A stretch of 50,621 nucleotides of DNA from an uncultured Chloroflexota bacterium (GTDB taxonomy: Bacteria > Chloroflexota > UBA11872), in assembly GCA_964522375.1 (NCBI GenBank), contig CAZFVB010000008.1, positions 1 to 50,621 of the forward strand, read 5' to 3'. The notes under the pieces were generated by a model, which saw nothing but the letters and a program-made list of their open reading frames with translations, searched no databases and had not been told where the DNA came from. This document shows, in pieces, positions 39,395 to 48,757 of the stretch. The translations under genes and the position numbers were made by a program. Each line of letters starts with the position of its first letter. Position 1 is the first letter of the stretch.

Positions 39395-40779
39395 GCAACG
39401 TCTCGCCAGAATGGCGTGACCCAACCACGGCGGGCACATATTGAACGCAGCTCTAACATAGCCGTATACGTGGGAAGAATGACAAGGACTCGTGGATCCT
39501 CGGCCAGAGCCTTATTCAACGCCGCCTCAACACCGTTTTGAACATGGAGTTTGCCAGCAATCTTCTCCCCATGCGCATACTTCAATCGGAGTGCAAGATC
39601 CTGGGCGCGAACTCCTCCGACCGTGATGCGATTAGCATTAAGCCGATCAAACTCGACATCCCAAATCCACGAGACATCCTCACCATCAGCTAGCCCATCA
39701 TTTAGCAAGAGCAGCACATCCAACGGCCTGGCCTCAGACCGAAGTAAATCAATGGCCTGATTTGCCCCCGACGGATTCTTTACAAGCAGTATGAAAAGTG
39801 TCGTGGAGCCCACTTCGATGCGCTCCGCACGACCAAAGACCGGCTCGGCCGTCCGGACCGCCGAAGAAACAGCGCCTGGGTCAAGTTTGAGCCCATATGT
39901 GGCCGCAGCGGCTGCCGCCACGTTGTACGCGTTGTAGACACCAGGCAGGGTCGTGGAGATCCGATGCCCGACCCCTGCGGTCTCGAGCATATATGTCGAA
40001 CCATCAAGGCCTCGCGACTCGTAGTTCGTCACACGAACATCCGGCAATGGCCGACAAAACCCGCATTCGTGACAGCGGTAGTCGCCAAGATGCGCGAACA
40101 CAACCCAGGACCATTCGAGACGAGCATCGCACTCCGGACACCGACCCACATCAGCCCACACATCAGGAGCAGCCGCACCACACCACCCGTCCATGCCAAA
40201 AAATATCACTGGCCCCTCATGACGTCGGGACACCGAAACTAAGACAGGATCGTCTGCGTTAACCACCAAAGTGGCCGACTGGATCTGATCCATCGACGCC
40301 GCGAACCCAGCAGCGGTGGCATCAACTTCGCCATAACGATCCAGTTGATCACGAAACAAATTAAGCAACACGACAACCGAAGGCTGAAGTTTTGGCCCAA
40401 GGTGTATAAATGCTCGCTCATCCAGCTCCAAAATCGCATGAAGACTCGCCGGATCACGAAAGCTCGCCCCCCAATCCATGTACGGCAAGATAGCGGCTGC
40501 CACACCGCGCTCTAGATTGGACCCTGTTGGGTTTGTCATGGCCCGTCGCCCCGAATCACGGGCCACCCTGCAAATTAGAGAAGTAGTCGTAGTTTTGCCA
40601 TTCGTCCCAGTCACGACAACAGTCGAAGCAAGACCTCGAAAGCTATCGCGTACAAATCTTGGATCTATTACGGACGCTACGAGGCCACCAATCGCCGAAC
40701 CACCTCCCCGACCAATCAGCCGGGACAGACGACCAGCACTACGACCTGCAAGCGCCGCCAATGGCCGGCGTGCACGCAT
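39391..40779 (-). CDS. murT: Lipid II isoglutaminyl synthase MurT subunit (Mur ligase family, DUF1727)
   Basis: GTNGKTTT, NLFRDQLDRYGE, CPEC/CHEC Zn finger, KNP.G, DG.DVSWIWDV and TYTAML motifs. Confidence 0.92.
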   Translation of the reverse strand: MRARRPLAALAGRSAGRLSRLIGRGGGSAIGGLVASVIDPRFVRDSFRGLASTVVVTGTNGKTTTTSLICRVARDSGRRAMTNPTGSNLERGVAAAILPYMDWGASFRDPASLHAILELDERAFIHLGPKLQPSVVVLLNLFRDQLDRYGEVDATAAGFAASMDQIQSATLVVNADDPVLVSVSRRHEGPVIFFGMDGWCGAAAPDVWADVGRCPECDARLEWSWVVFAHLGDYRCHECGFCRPLPDVRVTNYESRGLDGSTYMLETAGVGHRISTTLPGVYNAYNVAAAAAATYGLKLDPGAVSSAVRTAEPVFGRAERIEVGSTTLFILLVKNPSGANQAIDLLRSEARPLDVLLLLNDGLADGEDVSWIWDVEFDRLNANRITVGGVRAQDLALRLKYAHGEKIAGKLHVQNGVEAALNKALAEDPRVLVILPTYTAMLELRSICARRGWVTPFWRDVA

Positions 40780-40824
40780 AGACAATTCTCCGCTTCACAA
40801 CCATCTCGCGCTACTCTCCGTGTA

Positions 40825-41676
40825 ATGAATAATCGTGCCACCATCGAACCAACCTCAGCGACCAACGTGGCTAAGGCGGTCCTACACGCCCACCAAGAAC
40901 ATCGCCGAGTCCGGATCGTCGGACAATCGAATCTTGAACACCTCCGCCAAGAGCCGGATGCAGGAACCCTCCTATTGAGCACACGTGCCCTCAACACCAT
41001 CGACCTGGTCGCTAACGACCTCATTGCCCATGTCGGATCCGGCGTTGACCTGCACATCCTTGACACCTGCCTGCAAGCAGCAGGGCTTTACTGGCCAGTC
41101 TCCAGACTTGAAGCGCCAGGAACCATCGGTGGCATAGTTGGGTCAGGTCGGGCAACAGCCTCCAGCACGGCCGACGGACCGGCCCGGCGATGGGTGCTTG
41201 GTGCGCAACTCGTTAATGGCTTGGGGCAAACCCTTACCGTTGGTGGAGCCACGGTAAAAAACTCGGTCGGATATGGCCTGACGCACGCGCTCTGGGGATC
41301 GCACGGTCAACTCGGAGCAGTCACACGCCTCACACTCCGCCTGCGAACCCGAACTGAACAAGACACTGTTGACCCGGTGATCACCCAGACAGCCCTGCTA
41401 AAAGCCAAAGCTGTCTTGCGTTGTGAAAACCTGGTCCCATCCGATGCCAACAAGTTACTCGACTACGTCAGCATGGCAAAGGCACGGGTAAAAGCGAAGG
41501 ATGAAAGCCGGATTGTCGCCCTTTATGACCACCGCAAGGAAGCTGAGCTAGCTGCGACTAAGCTTCAGACCTCGGATATCGACGCTAGGGTGGAACCCCT
41601 TATGAAAACGCAGCCAGACTCACCAGCTCTCCTTGCCCTACGCGCCAGCCTGGATCCGCACGGCCTTTTCGCATGA
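40825..41676 (+). CDS. FAD-binding oxidoreductase, GlcE-like (glycolate oxidase FAD subunit family)
   Basis: GTIGG, GG.TVKN..GY.L....GS.G.LG and terminal LDP.G.F motifs. Possible leaderless start (TACTCT 7 nt upstream). Confidence 0.72.
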   Translation: MNNRATIEPTSATNVAKAVLHAHQEHRRVRIVGQSNLEHLRQEPDAGTLLLSTRALNTIDLVANDLIAHVGSGVDLHILDTCLQAAGLYWPVSRLEAPGTIGGIVGSGRATASSTADGPARRWVLGAQLVNGLGQTLTVGGATVKNSVGYGLTHALWGSHGQLGAVTRLTLRLRTRTEQDTVDPVITQTALLKAKAVLRCENLVPSDANKLLDYVSMAKARVKAKDESRIVALYDHRKEAELAATKLQTSDIDARVEPLMKTQPDSPALLALRASLDPHGLFA

Positions 41677-41762
41677 AACATAGCCTTGTGTAAACACCCC
41701 ATGTCCGTCTCCTGCCGACAGAAAAAACAGAACCTTGTTTGTCTCCTATACTCAACGTTACT

Positions 41763-41839
41763 CGGGGCGTGGCGCAGCCTGGTAGCGCGCATCGTTCGGG
41801 ACGATGAGGCCGGAGGTTCAAATCCTCTCGCCCCGACCA
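41763..41839 (+). tRNA. tRNA-Pro (anticodon CGG)
   Basis: CGGGGCG acceptor stem, anticodon arm CATCG-TTCGGGA-CGATG, GGTTCAAATCC T-arm, encoded CCA end. Confidence 0.97.
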
Positions 41840-41931
41840 ATCACTCTCTCGTCAATATTCACTCAGGATTGAAGTGAAGTGTGATGCCAACTACTGGCCT
41901 AAATCAACACGCATAAACAGCCAGGTCAAAC

Positions 41932-43101
41932 GTGACTGACAACTCGACACCAATCGCAATTCGCGCAGGAAAGCTATTTACCGCCTGTAATCAATCACTC
42001 ATTGACGACGGTGTAGTACTCGTTCGATCGTCTCGAATTGAGGCGGTCGGCTCAGCATCCAACACGGAGATCAGTTCTGATCACACACTCATAGACCTTC
42101 GACCATGCACACTGTTACCCGGGCTTATCGATGCTCACGTTCATCTCATGGGCCAAAACCCAGCGCACGACCACCCAGGACCCATCGAGTACCGAGCAAT
42201 CAGGTCTACGGCGCAAATAGGAGCCTTATTAAACGCCGGTTTCACTACGGTACGAGATTTGGGCTCTCAAACCTCGGTCGCCCTGAAACAGGCCATTGAT
42301 GACGGAGAAATCCCAGGCTCCCGCATGCTGGCAGCTGGATATGCGATCGCCCGAACTGGAGGACCTTGGTTTGGCATGGAACCATCGTGGCGCTGGGTCA
42401 GGCCGGCCGATGGCGTTGACGCGTGCCGAAAGGCTGTGCACCGATGCATTGGTGAAGGGTCCACCGTAATAAAGATTGGCACGTCGACGGGTCACGGAGA
42501 TTCGGCATGGGGGGAACTACCCACGTACAGCGTCGCCGAAGTCGAAGCAATCGTTCATGAAGCTCACACGTCGGGGCTTCGAGTAGCTGCTCACGCGATG
42601 GGCACGCCAGGTGTAAAGACTGCTGTTCTCGGAGGCGTTGATACGATCGAACACGCTCACAACATTGATGACGAAACCCTTGGCCTTATCGTTGAACAAG
42701 GGACATTCGTCGTACCCACCCTGCGAGCTAGAGCCTTTCGGACCGGGGCAGATGACAAGACCACCTACGCGAACCAGGTCCGATCCCTTCGCCGGGCTTA
42801 TGATGCAGGTGCACGCTTGGCTCTTGGCACCGACACCACCGGTGGCCTCGAAATGCCCCACGGCCATGAAAATGCGGTCGAGTTCAGCCTGATGGCAGAA
42901 ACAATGGACCCGGCCGACGCCCTTCTGGCTGGCACTCGAGTTGCCGCGGAGGCCATCGGTCTTGAATCTGAAGTGGGCACACTAGAGCCAGGGAAAATGG
43001 CGGACATAGTGGCTGTGCGCGACAACCCAATACACAACATCGACTCTTTACAGCAGGTTGAATTCGTGATGCAAAGCGGGCGCGTTATTTCACAACCGTA
43101 A
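41932..43101 (+). CDS. Metal-dependent amidohydrolase (Xaa-Pro dipeptidase-like)
   Basis: PGLIDAHVH, GFTTVRD, VIKI, AAHA, IEH, GTD and G.LEPGK.AD motifs. Confidence 0.9.
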   Translation: MTDNSTPIAIRAGKLFTACNQSLIDDGVVLVRSSRIEAVGSASNTEISSDHTLIDLRPCTLLPGLIDAHVHLMGQNPAHDHPGPIEYRAIRSTAQIGALLNAGFTTVRDLGSQTSVALKQAIDDGEIPGSRMLAAGYAIARTGGPWFGMEPSWRWVRPADGVDACRKAVHRCIGEGSTVIKIGTSTGHGDSAWGELPTYSVAEVEAIVHEAHTSGLRVAAHAMGTPGVKTAVLGGVDTIEHAHNIDDETLGLIVEQGTFVVPTLRARAFRTGADDKTTYANQVRSLRRAYDAGARLALGTDTTGGLEMPHGHENAVEFSLMAETMDPADALLAGTRVAAEAIGLESEVGTLEPGKMADIVAVRDNPIHNIDSLQQVEFVMQSGRVISQP

Positions 43102-43176
43102 GGCCCCAGACACACTACCTCTTTGTCAAAGGCTTGAGAGTTCGTCTAAGCAAAGGACTCCTGGACCATTGGCCGA

Positions 43177-44103
43177 TCAACTCGAACCTTCGGTAGAAAG
43201 CCCAGCCAGAAACTTCTCAGCCTCCATAGCAGCCTGACACCCTTCACCAGCCGACGTAATAGCTTGGCGAAAGTAATGATCCTGAGCCTCACCTGCGACA
43301 AAGACGCCATCGACACTCGTATGCATGAAACGATCAGAAATGACGTAGCCTTCGTCATCCATTTCAAGCTTGCCTTTGAACAGATCCGTGTTGGGATAAT
43401 GCCCAACAAAAATGAACAACCCTTCCGTGGGAAAATCCACTTCGTCTCCTGATTTCACATTTTTCAGCCCGACGGAGGAAACCACCTCACCTCCCCTCAC
43501 CTCGGTAACCACCGAATCCCATATGAACTCAATCTTGGGATCCTGTCGCGCTCGATCCTGCAGATACGGCCCCGCCCGCAACTCATCGCGGCGATGAACA
43601 ATGGTTACCGTGGATGCAAACCGAGTCAGGAACAAGCCTTCTTGCAGCGCACTATCACCTCCACCCACAACGGTCACCGGTTGGCCTTGAAAAAACGCGC
43701 CATCGCACGTCGCGCAAACCGAGACACCTCGGCCCCAGAACTCTTGCTCCCCGGGAACACCAAGTAGTTTTGGACTAGCCCCCGTCGCAACAATTACGGT
43801 GCGGGCCTCATAGGCAGTAGACCCCCCGACAAGTGAAAATGGTGGGCCGTCGAAATCAACTTCAGTTATCTGGTCAAAAACCGTCTCGGCCCCAAACCGT
43901 TCGGCTTGAGCACGCATACGCATGGTTAAATCAGGGCCGGTAATCTCCTCAAACCCAGGATAATTCTCCACATCGTTTGTCGTAGCAATCTGCCCACCTA
44001 AGGCATCACCCGTGAGGACAAGCGTGGCAAGCTTTGCACGAGCGGCATATATCGCAGCTGTTAGCCCAGCCGGGCCAGAACCAATGATCGCAACGTCATA
44101 CAT
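43177..44103 (-). CDS. trxB: Thioredoxin-disulfide reductase
   Basis: GSGPAG, CATCDG, GGGDSA, HRR and RQA.TSAG.G motifs. Confidence 0.96.
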   Translation of the reverse strand: MYDVAIIGSGPAGLTAAIYAARAKLATLVLTGDALGGQIATTNDVENYPGFEEITGPDLTMRMRAQAERFGAETVFDQITEVDFDGPPFSLVGGSTAYEARTVIVATGASPKLLGVPGEQEFWGRGVSVCATCDGAFFQGQPVTVVGGGDSALQEGLFLTRFASTVTIVHRRDELRAGPYLQDRARQDPKIEFIWDSVVTEVRGGEVVSSVGLKNVKSGDEVDFPTEGLFIFVGHYPNTDLFKGKLEMDDEGYVISDRFMHTSVDGVFVAGEAQDHYFRQAITSAGEGCQAAMEAEKFLAGLSTEGSS

Positions 44104-44175
44104 GAAAAAACTCCGCTACCAAGACAACTTCAAGCACGAAACAGGCAAGCACCCCCTATCGTCGCACGCTGATCA

Positions 44176-45588
44176 ATGAACAGCCCACACGACCTTTGCA
44201 GTGCCGCGAACCCTCGTGGAAAGCCTTCCTGTCGCAGACCTGCCACCCGACGACACCTGCTCCGCCTCATGCTGGGGACAACAGCCGCAACTGCTATGGC
44301 TGCTTGCGGTAACCAGGCCATCCTGGAACGCGTCGTCGTCATACCCAAAATTGTCGAACGAACAATGTTTTCCGAACGCCCTTCCTTCGTCACCCACACA
44401 GTCCTCAGCACCACATCTCGCCGGGAACCAGCCCCGACAAACCAACTCAGCACCACCGAGCTCCTACCTACGGCGTCTCGCGTTCAACTGCGAATGGCTA
44501 TCGGACCGGCATTTGGCAATGATCTTTATTCAAGCGTCGAATCACTCAACCATGCAGGCGACTTTGTTCTCGAGCGCATAGAAGCCGGCCCCACAGCACA
44601 AGACAGACTGCTCACCCGAATCGCTGCTGGTAAAGGACCCGACGTACTTGGCGGTATTCCAGGCAGCCTCCTAGCCCACCTGGCCGCTTCAGGAGACCTG
44701 GCCCCATTAGAACACGCCACCTTACTCTCCAAGGGTTTCATCCCAGAGTTCCTGCGCCTTGGCACCCATGAAAACCAGATCCTTGGCATCCCGATGCTCG
44801 GCTACCCAGTCCACCTACTCGCTAATCCTCGTCGTCTCCAAGACTCGGGCCTTCAGAACCTTGGGTCCACGTATGCCGATCTCGAAGAATCAGCCAAACG
44901 AATGACGGATCCTACGCAGCACATCTATGGCTTCGGCGTAGTAGCCGACATCCCCGAACTGGAAACAGTTATGCGTTCAGCCGGAACATTTGGGAAGACC
45001 TCCTCAGTAACCGCATGGCAGTGGTACATCAATCAGTGGCAGCTTCATGGCACCTCCCCTTCCCCGACAGCTTGGGATGGCGTTGCAAATCCAGTCGAAG
45101 CTATCGCTGCCGGAAAGATATCCATGGCCCTCGTACATGGCCGTGCACTAAAAACCCGAGCCGCCCTATCGACCAAGACCCAAAGGGCATGCGACGTAGC
45201 CCCCGTGGTCAGCTGGGCCACAACAGCGCCGAAAAACCCTATGCACGCCACCTACGTCGCCACCAGTCACCTGGCAGACCCAAGTGCTCGGGATGTTGCT
45301 ATCGCTCTAGCCGGCTCCGCACAGGCTGCACCATTTAATGGGACACCATCATGGAGCCCAGCGCTTGATCTGGCCGCGAAACATGCTGCCCTTCCTCCAG
45401 AAATACTCGATCGAGACAAAGCTACGTGGACACGTCCACTTACTGACACGCCTGACTCCAGAATCCGGACCGCCGTATTAGCCGCTGCAGTCCGTTCAAC
45501 CCTCATCGAAGGACGACCCGCTGACGTCGTCAACCAAGACGTGCGTAACACCTCAACAAAGCAAGGCATCGACGACTGGTCGAGGTAG
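44176..45588 (+). CDS. Extracellular solute-binding lipoprotein (sugar ABC family 1-like), Tat signal
   Basis: TRRHLL...AMAAC signal; IAAG.GPDV, LAPL, GIP...L.N and G.ISM motifs. Start uncertain. Confidence 0.72.
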   Translation: MNSPHDLCSAANPRGKPSCRRPATRRHLLRLMLGTTAATAMAACGNQAILERVVVIPKIVERTMFSERPSFVTHTVLSTTSRREPAPTNQLSTTELLPTASRVQLRMAIGPAFGNDLYSSVESLNHAGDFVLERIEAGPTAQDRLLTRIAAGKGPDVLGGIPGSLLAHLAASGDLAPLEHATLLSKGFIPEFLRLGTHENQILGIPMLGYPVHLLANPRRLQDSGLQNLGSTYADLEESAKRMTDPTQHIYGFGVVADIPELETVMRSAGTFGKTSSVTAWQWYINQWQLHGTSPSPTAWDGVANPVEAIAAGKISMALVHGRALKTRAALSTKTQRACDVAPVVSWATTAPKNPMHATYVATSHLADPSARDVAIALAGSAQAAPFNGTPSWSPALDLAAKHAALPPEILDRDKATWTRPLTDTPDSRIRTAVLAAAVRSTLIEGRPADVVNQDVRNTSTKQGIDDWSR

Positions 45589-45658
45589 CACGAAAACTGA
45601 AGAAGACGATCCCAACAAGTACCATTACATCGCGATACTCAACACGTGCTAATCCACA

Positions 45659-46453
45659 ATGTTCGCTATAGCGATTCCCTGGGATCCCGACATCTTCCAA
45701 ATTGGTGCCTTTCGGTTTAATTGGCACTCAGCGTTCGCAATCATCGGGTTGCTGGTTGGAGTATGGATTGCACAACGACTTGGTCGTCGGACAACAATCC
45801 CTGAGGACGACGTAATGACGATCGCCCTTTGCGCGCTAGGCGGCGGGGTTGTTATGGCCCGACTACTCTTTGTGGTCGACAACCTCGATCTCTTCACCGA
45901 CAACTGGGGGAAAGTTTTTGCCTTTCACGAAGGCGGGATAACGGTCTGGGGTGCGCCACTCGGCGGCGCTCTCGGAGTTTCGTTAGCAGCCTGGTGGATG
46001 AAGCATCCAGTCCGGACAGCTATTGATATCGGCGCCCCTGGCCTAATCATGGGCATGGCCATCGGACGTATCGGAGATCTCATAAACGGAGAACACCACG
46101 CCTTACCAAGCAACCTGCCGTGGGCCGTGTACTACACCCACGAAAATACGCAGGGACAGTCGATGCCGGTCCACCCAGCGACAAGCTATGAACTCTTAGG
46201 AGACCTCCTAATTTTTGCGATCGCCGTGTGGCTGGCCACACGGTATATCGGACGTCTCTACGTTTTTTGGACGGTACTCGCAGGTTACGCAGCCATGCGT
46301 TTCGGATTGCAGTTTCTGCGCATCGACCAACCACCTCACTTCTTGGACTTGCAACAATCACAAATCATTAGCCTACTTGTGCTGCTCACCTTCGGCCTCT
46401 GGCTTACCAACTGCCTGCGAACGCGTCTTTGGCACCAAAAACCAAACGCATAA
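45659..46453 (+). CDS. lgt: Prolipoprotein diacylglyceryl transferase
   Basis: ARL.FV, GG...WG...GG, IGRIG..INGE, HP...YE and RF..QFLR motifs. Confidence 0.9.
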   Translation: MFAIAIPWDPDIFQIGAFRFNWHSAFAIIGLLVGVWIAQRLGRRTTIPEDDVMTIALCALGGGVVMARLLFVVDNLDLFTDNWGKVFAFHEGGITVWGAPLGGALGVSLAAWWMKHPVRTAIDIGAPGLIMGMAIGRIGDLINGEHHALPSNLPWAVYYTHENTQGQSMPVHPATSYELLGDLLIFAIAVWLATRYIGRLYVFWTVLAGYAAMRFGLQFLRIDQPPHFLDLQQSQIISLLVLLTFGLWLTNCLRTRLWHQKPNA

Positions 46454-46517
46454 CCAAACGGGAAAGGTCTCATCAACCGCCCAGATCAATACGCTATGGA
46501 TGTGCGAGGATGACCGC

Positions 46518-48521
46518 ATGAGCGAGACCGAAAGCAACCGAAGCCAGACGGTATTCCCGTTCGCCGCTGTTGTGGGCCAGGACCTCATGCGACTGTCCCT
46601 GTTATTGAACGCTGTCAACCCAAGCATCGGCGGCGTCCTTATCCGAGGCGAGAGGGGCACTGCCAAATCAACTGCGGTCAGAGGTCTCGCAGCTGTCCTG
46701 CCTGAAATTGACGTTGCAATGTGTCAGTACGGCTGTGATCCAACCTCCCTAAATACTTGCGTCGAATGTGAAGCGCTGCGCGCCAATAACTCCGACATTG
46801 ATTCACACTCCCGACAGGTCCAAGTTATCGACCTTCCGGTATCAGCTACCGAAGATCGAGTTATTGGAACCCTCAACCTTGAAGCCGCTTTATCGGAAGG
46901 CCGCCGTGAATTTGAACCTGGCCTACTGGCTGCCGCGCACCGCGGGGTGTTGTATGTCGACGAAGTCAACCTGCTCGACGACCATTTGGTAGACACGCTG
47001 CTCGACAGCGCAGCCTCCGGTGTCAACCTGATCGAACGTGAAGGTGTGCAATATCGACACCCGGCGGAGTACATCCTCGTCGGTACGATGAACCCTGAAG
47101 AAGGTGATCTACGACCGCAACTTCTCGACAGGTTTGGCCTAGCAGCTGAGATCAAGGGAGACCTGGAACCCGAGGCTCGCGCGACCATCGTGACACGACG
47201 AATAAATTTCGAATCGGATCCACGAGCCTTTATCGCAGAGTGGGCCGACGAAAGTGACAAATTGCGAACTCGAATCGTTGGTGCAAGAAAGCGCTTACCA
47301 GAGGTGGTGCTTTCAAAAGAAATGCTCACGCTTATCACGCATATATCCATCGCAATGGGCGTTGATGGACATCGAGCAGACATCGTGATGCACAAGACTG
47401 CGTGCACTATTGCCGCGTGGGAAAAGCGGCACGAAGTCACACGAGACGACGTGCGCAGGGCGGCCGAAATCGCGCTGCCGCACCGGCGCCGTCGCGATCC
47501 GTTCACACCCCCTCACCTAGACGAGGACGAACTCAACCAAGCGATTCAATCATTTGACGCAAAACAAAACTCTGAAACAGAACAGGGCGAAAACTCCGAC
47601 AAGGAAATGTCCACAGCCTCAACAACTGATGACACCACCAACGCCTCTGGAAGGGACGCGGGAACACCCACAGCTTCCGGAGCCGAGAGCCAAATTGATG
47701 CGGACTCCTTACCAGAATCACCCACCTTGTTGGCACCCGAACGGCTTCCCGTAACCCGGCCCAAGTCCGGGCGACGAACACAACATGAGGTTCAAGGTCG
47801 TCGGGGTCGGTCCGTTCGAAGCCGTCCCATGAACCCTGGCGACCCACCCGACGTCTCCCTCATTGACACTATTCGTGCGGCAGCGCTTCGTGGTGTTGGC
47901 GAGGCCGGCCTATCGATCACTCGGGCCGACATTCGCGTCCGTCGCCGTATGCGTAAAGTCGGAAACCTAATGCTCTTTGTTGTTGACGGCTCCGGAAGCA
48001 TGGCCGCACAAAAACGAATGCAATTAACAAAGTCAGCCGTTTTGGGCCTGTTAGCCGACGCCTACCAACGCCGTGACCGCGTAGGACTGGTGACCTTCAG
48101 GAAGACAGATGCACTTGAGACGGTACCTCCAACGACAAGCCTGGATCTGGCGCACGCGCGGATGAAGGAAATGCCTACAGGCGGACGAACACCGCTGGCA
48201 CACGGACTCGAGCTTGCACGACGGGTAATCATTCGGGAACGCTCACGCGATACAGAGATCAGGCCAATCGTGATCTTGTTAACGGACGGCGTCGGAAACG
48301 TCGGCCTCAACGCTGGGTCAGACCCTATGGACGATGCGCACCGAGCCGCCAGACAACTTGCGCTCGACCGAATCCCTGCGCTCGTCGTCGACGCAGATCG
48401 GCGCAGGGCCCGTGTAAGCCCCCTTCCAGATCTTGCAAAGGCCATGGCGGCGACTCATGTACAACTCGAAGCGATCGCGGCTGGACAACTGACAAACCTG
48501 ATTAGGCTGGCTTCAGCCTAA
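46518..48521 (+). CDS. Magnesium/cobalt chelatase subunit D/I-like (AAA+ plus vWA)
   Basis: FPFAAVVGQ, GERGTAKST, LYVDEVNLL, NPEEG.LRPQLLDRFG; acidic linker; vWA DGSGSM, TGGRTPL, TDG. Start taken at ATG 46518. Confidence 0.88.
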   Translation: MSETESNRSQTVFPFAAVVGQDLMRLSLLLNAVNPSIGGVLIRGERGTAKSTAVRGLAAVLPEIDVAMCQYGCDPTSLNTCVECEALRANNSDIDSHSRQVQVIDLPVSATEDRVIGTLNLEAALSEGRREFEPGLLAAAHRGVLYVDEVNLLDDHLVDTLLDSAASGVNLIEREGVQYRHPAEYILVGTMNPEEGDLRPQLLDRFGLAAEIKGDLEPEARATIVTRRINFESDPRAFIAEWADESDKLRTRIVGARKRLPEVVLSKEMLTLITHISIAMGVDGHRADIVMHKTACTIAAWEKRHEVTRDDVRRAAEIALPHRRRRDPFTPPHLDEDELNQAIQSFDAKQNSETEQGENSDKEMSTASTTDDTTNASGRDAGTPTASGAESQIDADSLPESPTLLAPERLPVTRPKSGRRTQHEVQGRRGRSVRSRPMNPGDPPDVSLIDTIRAAALRGVGEAGLSITRADIRVRRRMRKVGNLMLFVVDGSGSMAAQKRMQLTKSAVLGLLADAYQRRDRVGLVTFRKTDALETVPPTTSLDLAHARMKEMPTGGRTPLAHGLELARRVIIRERSRDTEIRPIVILLTDGVGNVGLNAGSDPMDDAHRAARQLALDRIPALVVDADRRRARVSPLPDLAKAMAATHVQLEAIAAGQLTNLIRLASA

Positions 48522-48605
48522 AGAAAAGCACCTAAACTCTCTTGGCCGCCATCTAGAACCGACGCCATCAACACCGCCACCCCGACACCTCAGGAGCGCC
48601 AACCA

Positions 48606-48716
48606 ATGCCCATCCCCGAGCACCTCCGCGATACCACCGATCACGAGTGGATCAGCACCGACGGATATATCGCGCTCCAGGCAAACCTCACCCAGGAAGC
48701 GACTCCGTGGCGATGA
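48606..48716 (+). pseudogene. gcvH: Internally deleted glycine cleavage H-protein remnant (36 codons)
   Basis: AGGAG RBS; reads MPIPEHLRDTTDHEWISTDGYIALQANLTQEATPWR. The N-terminus matches the GcvH pattern P..L.Y..DHEW; the lipoyl domain is absent. Confidence 0.6.
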
Positions 48717-48757
48717 CTCCCTCACCCACGTGCACCTGACGCACCACCTGATCAACC

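Noticed and set aside
41763-41931. tRNA-Pro as an integration site for an island
   Set aside because: No integrase and no duplicated tRNA 3' end seen in the window.
46215-46517. Long N-terminal extension of the chelatase ORF in the track
   Set aside because: It overlaps lgt; family similarity starts near ATG 46518.
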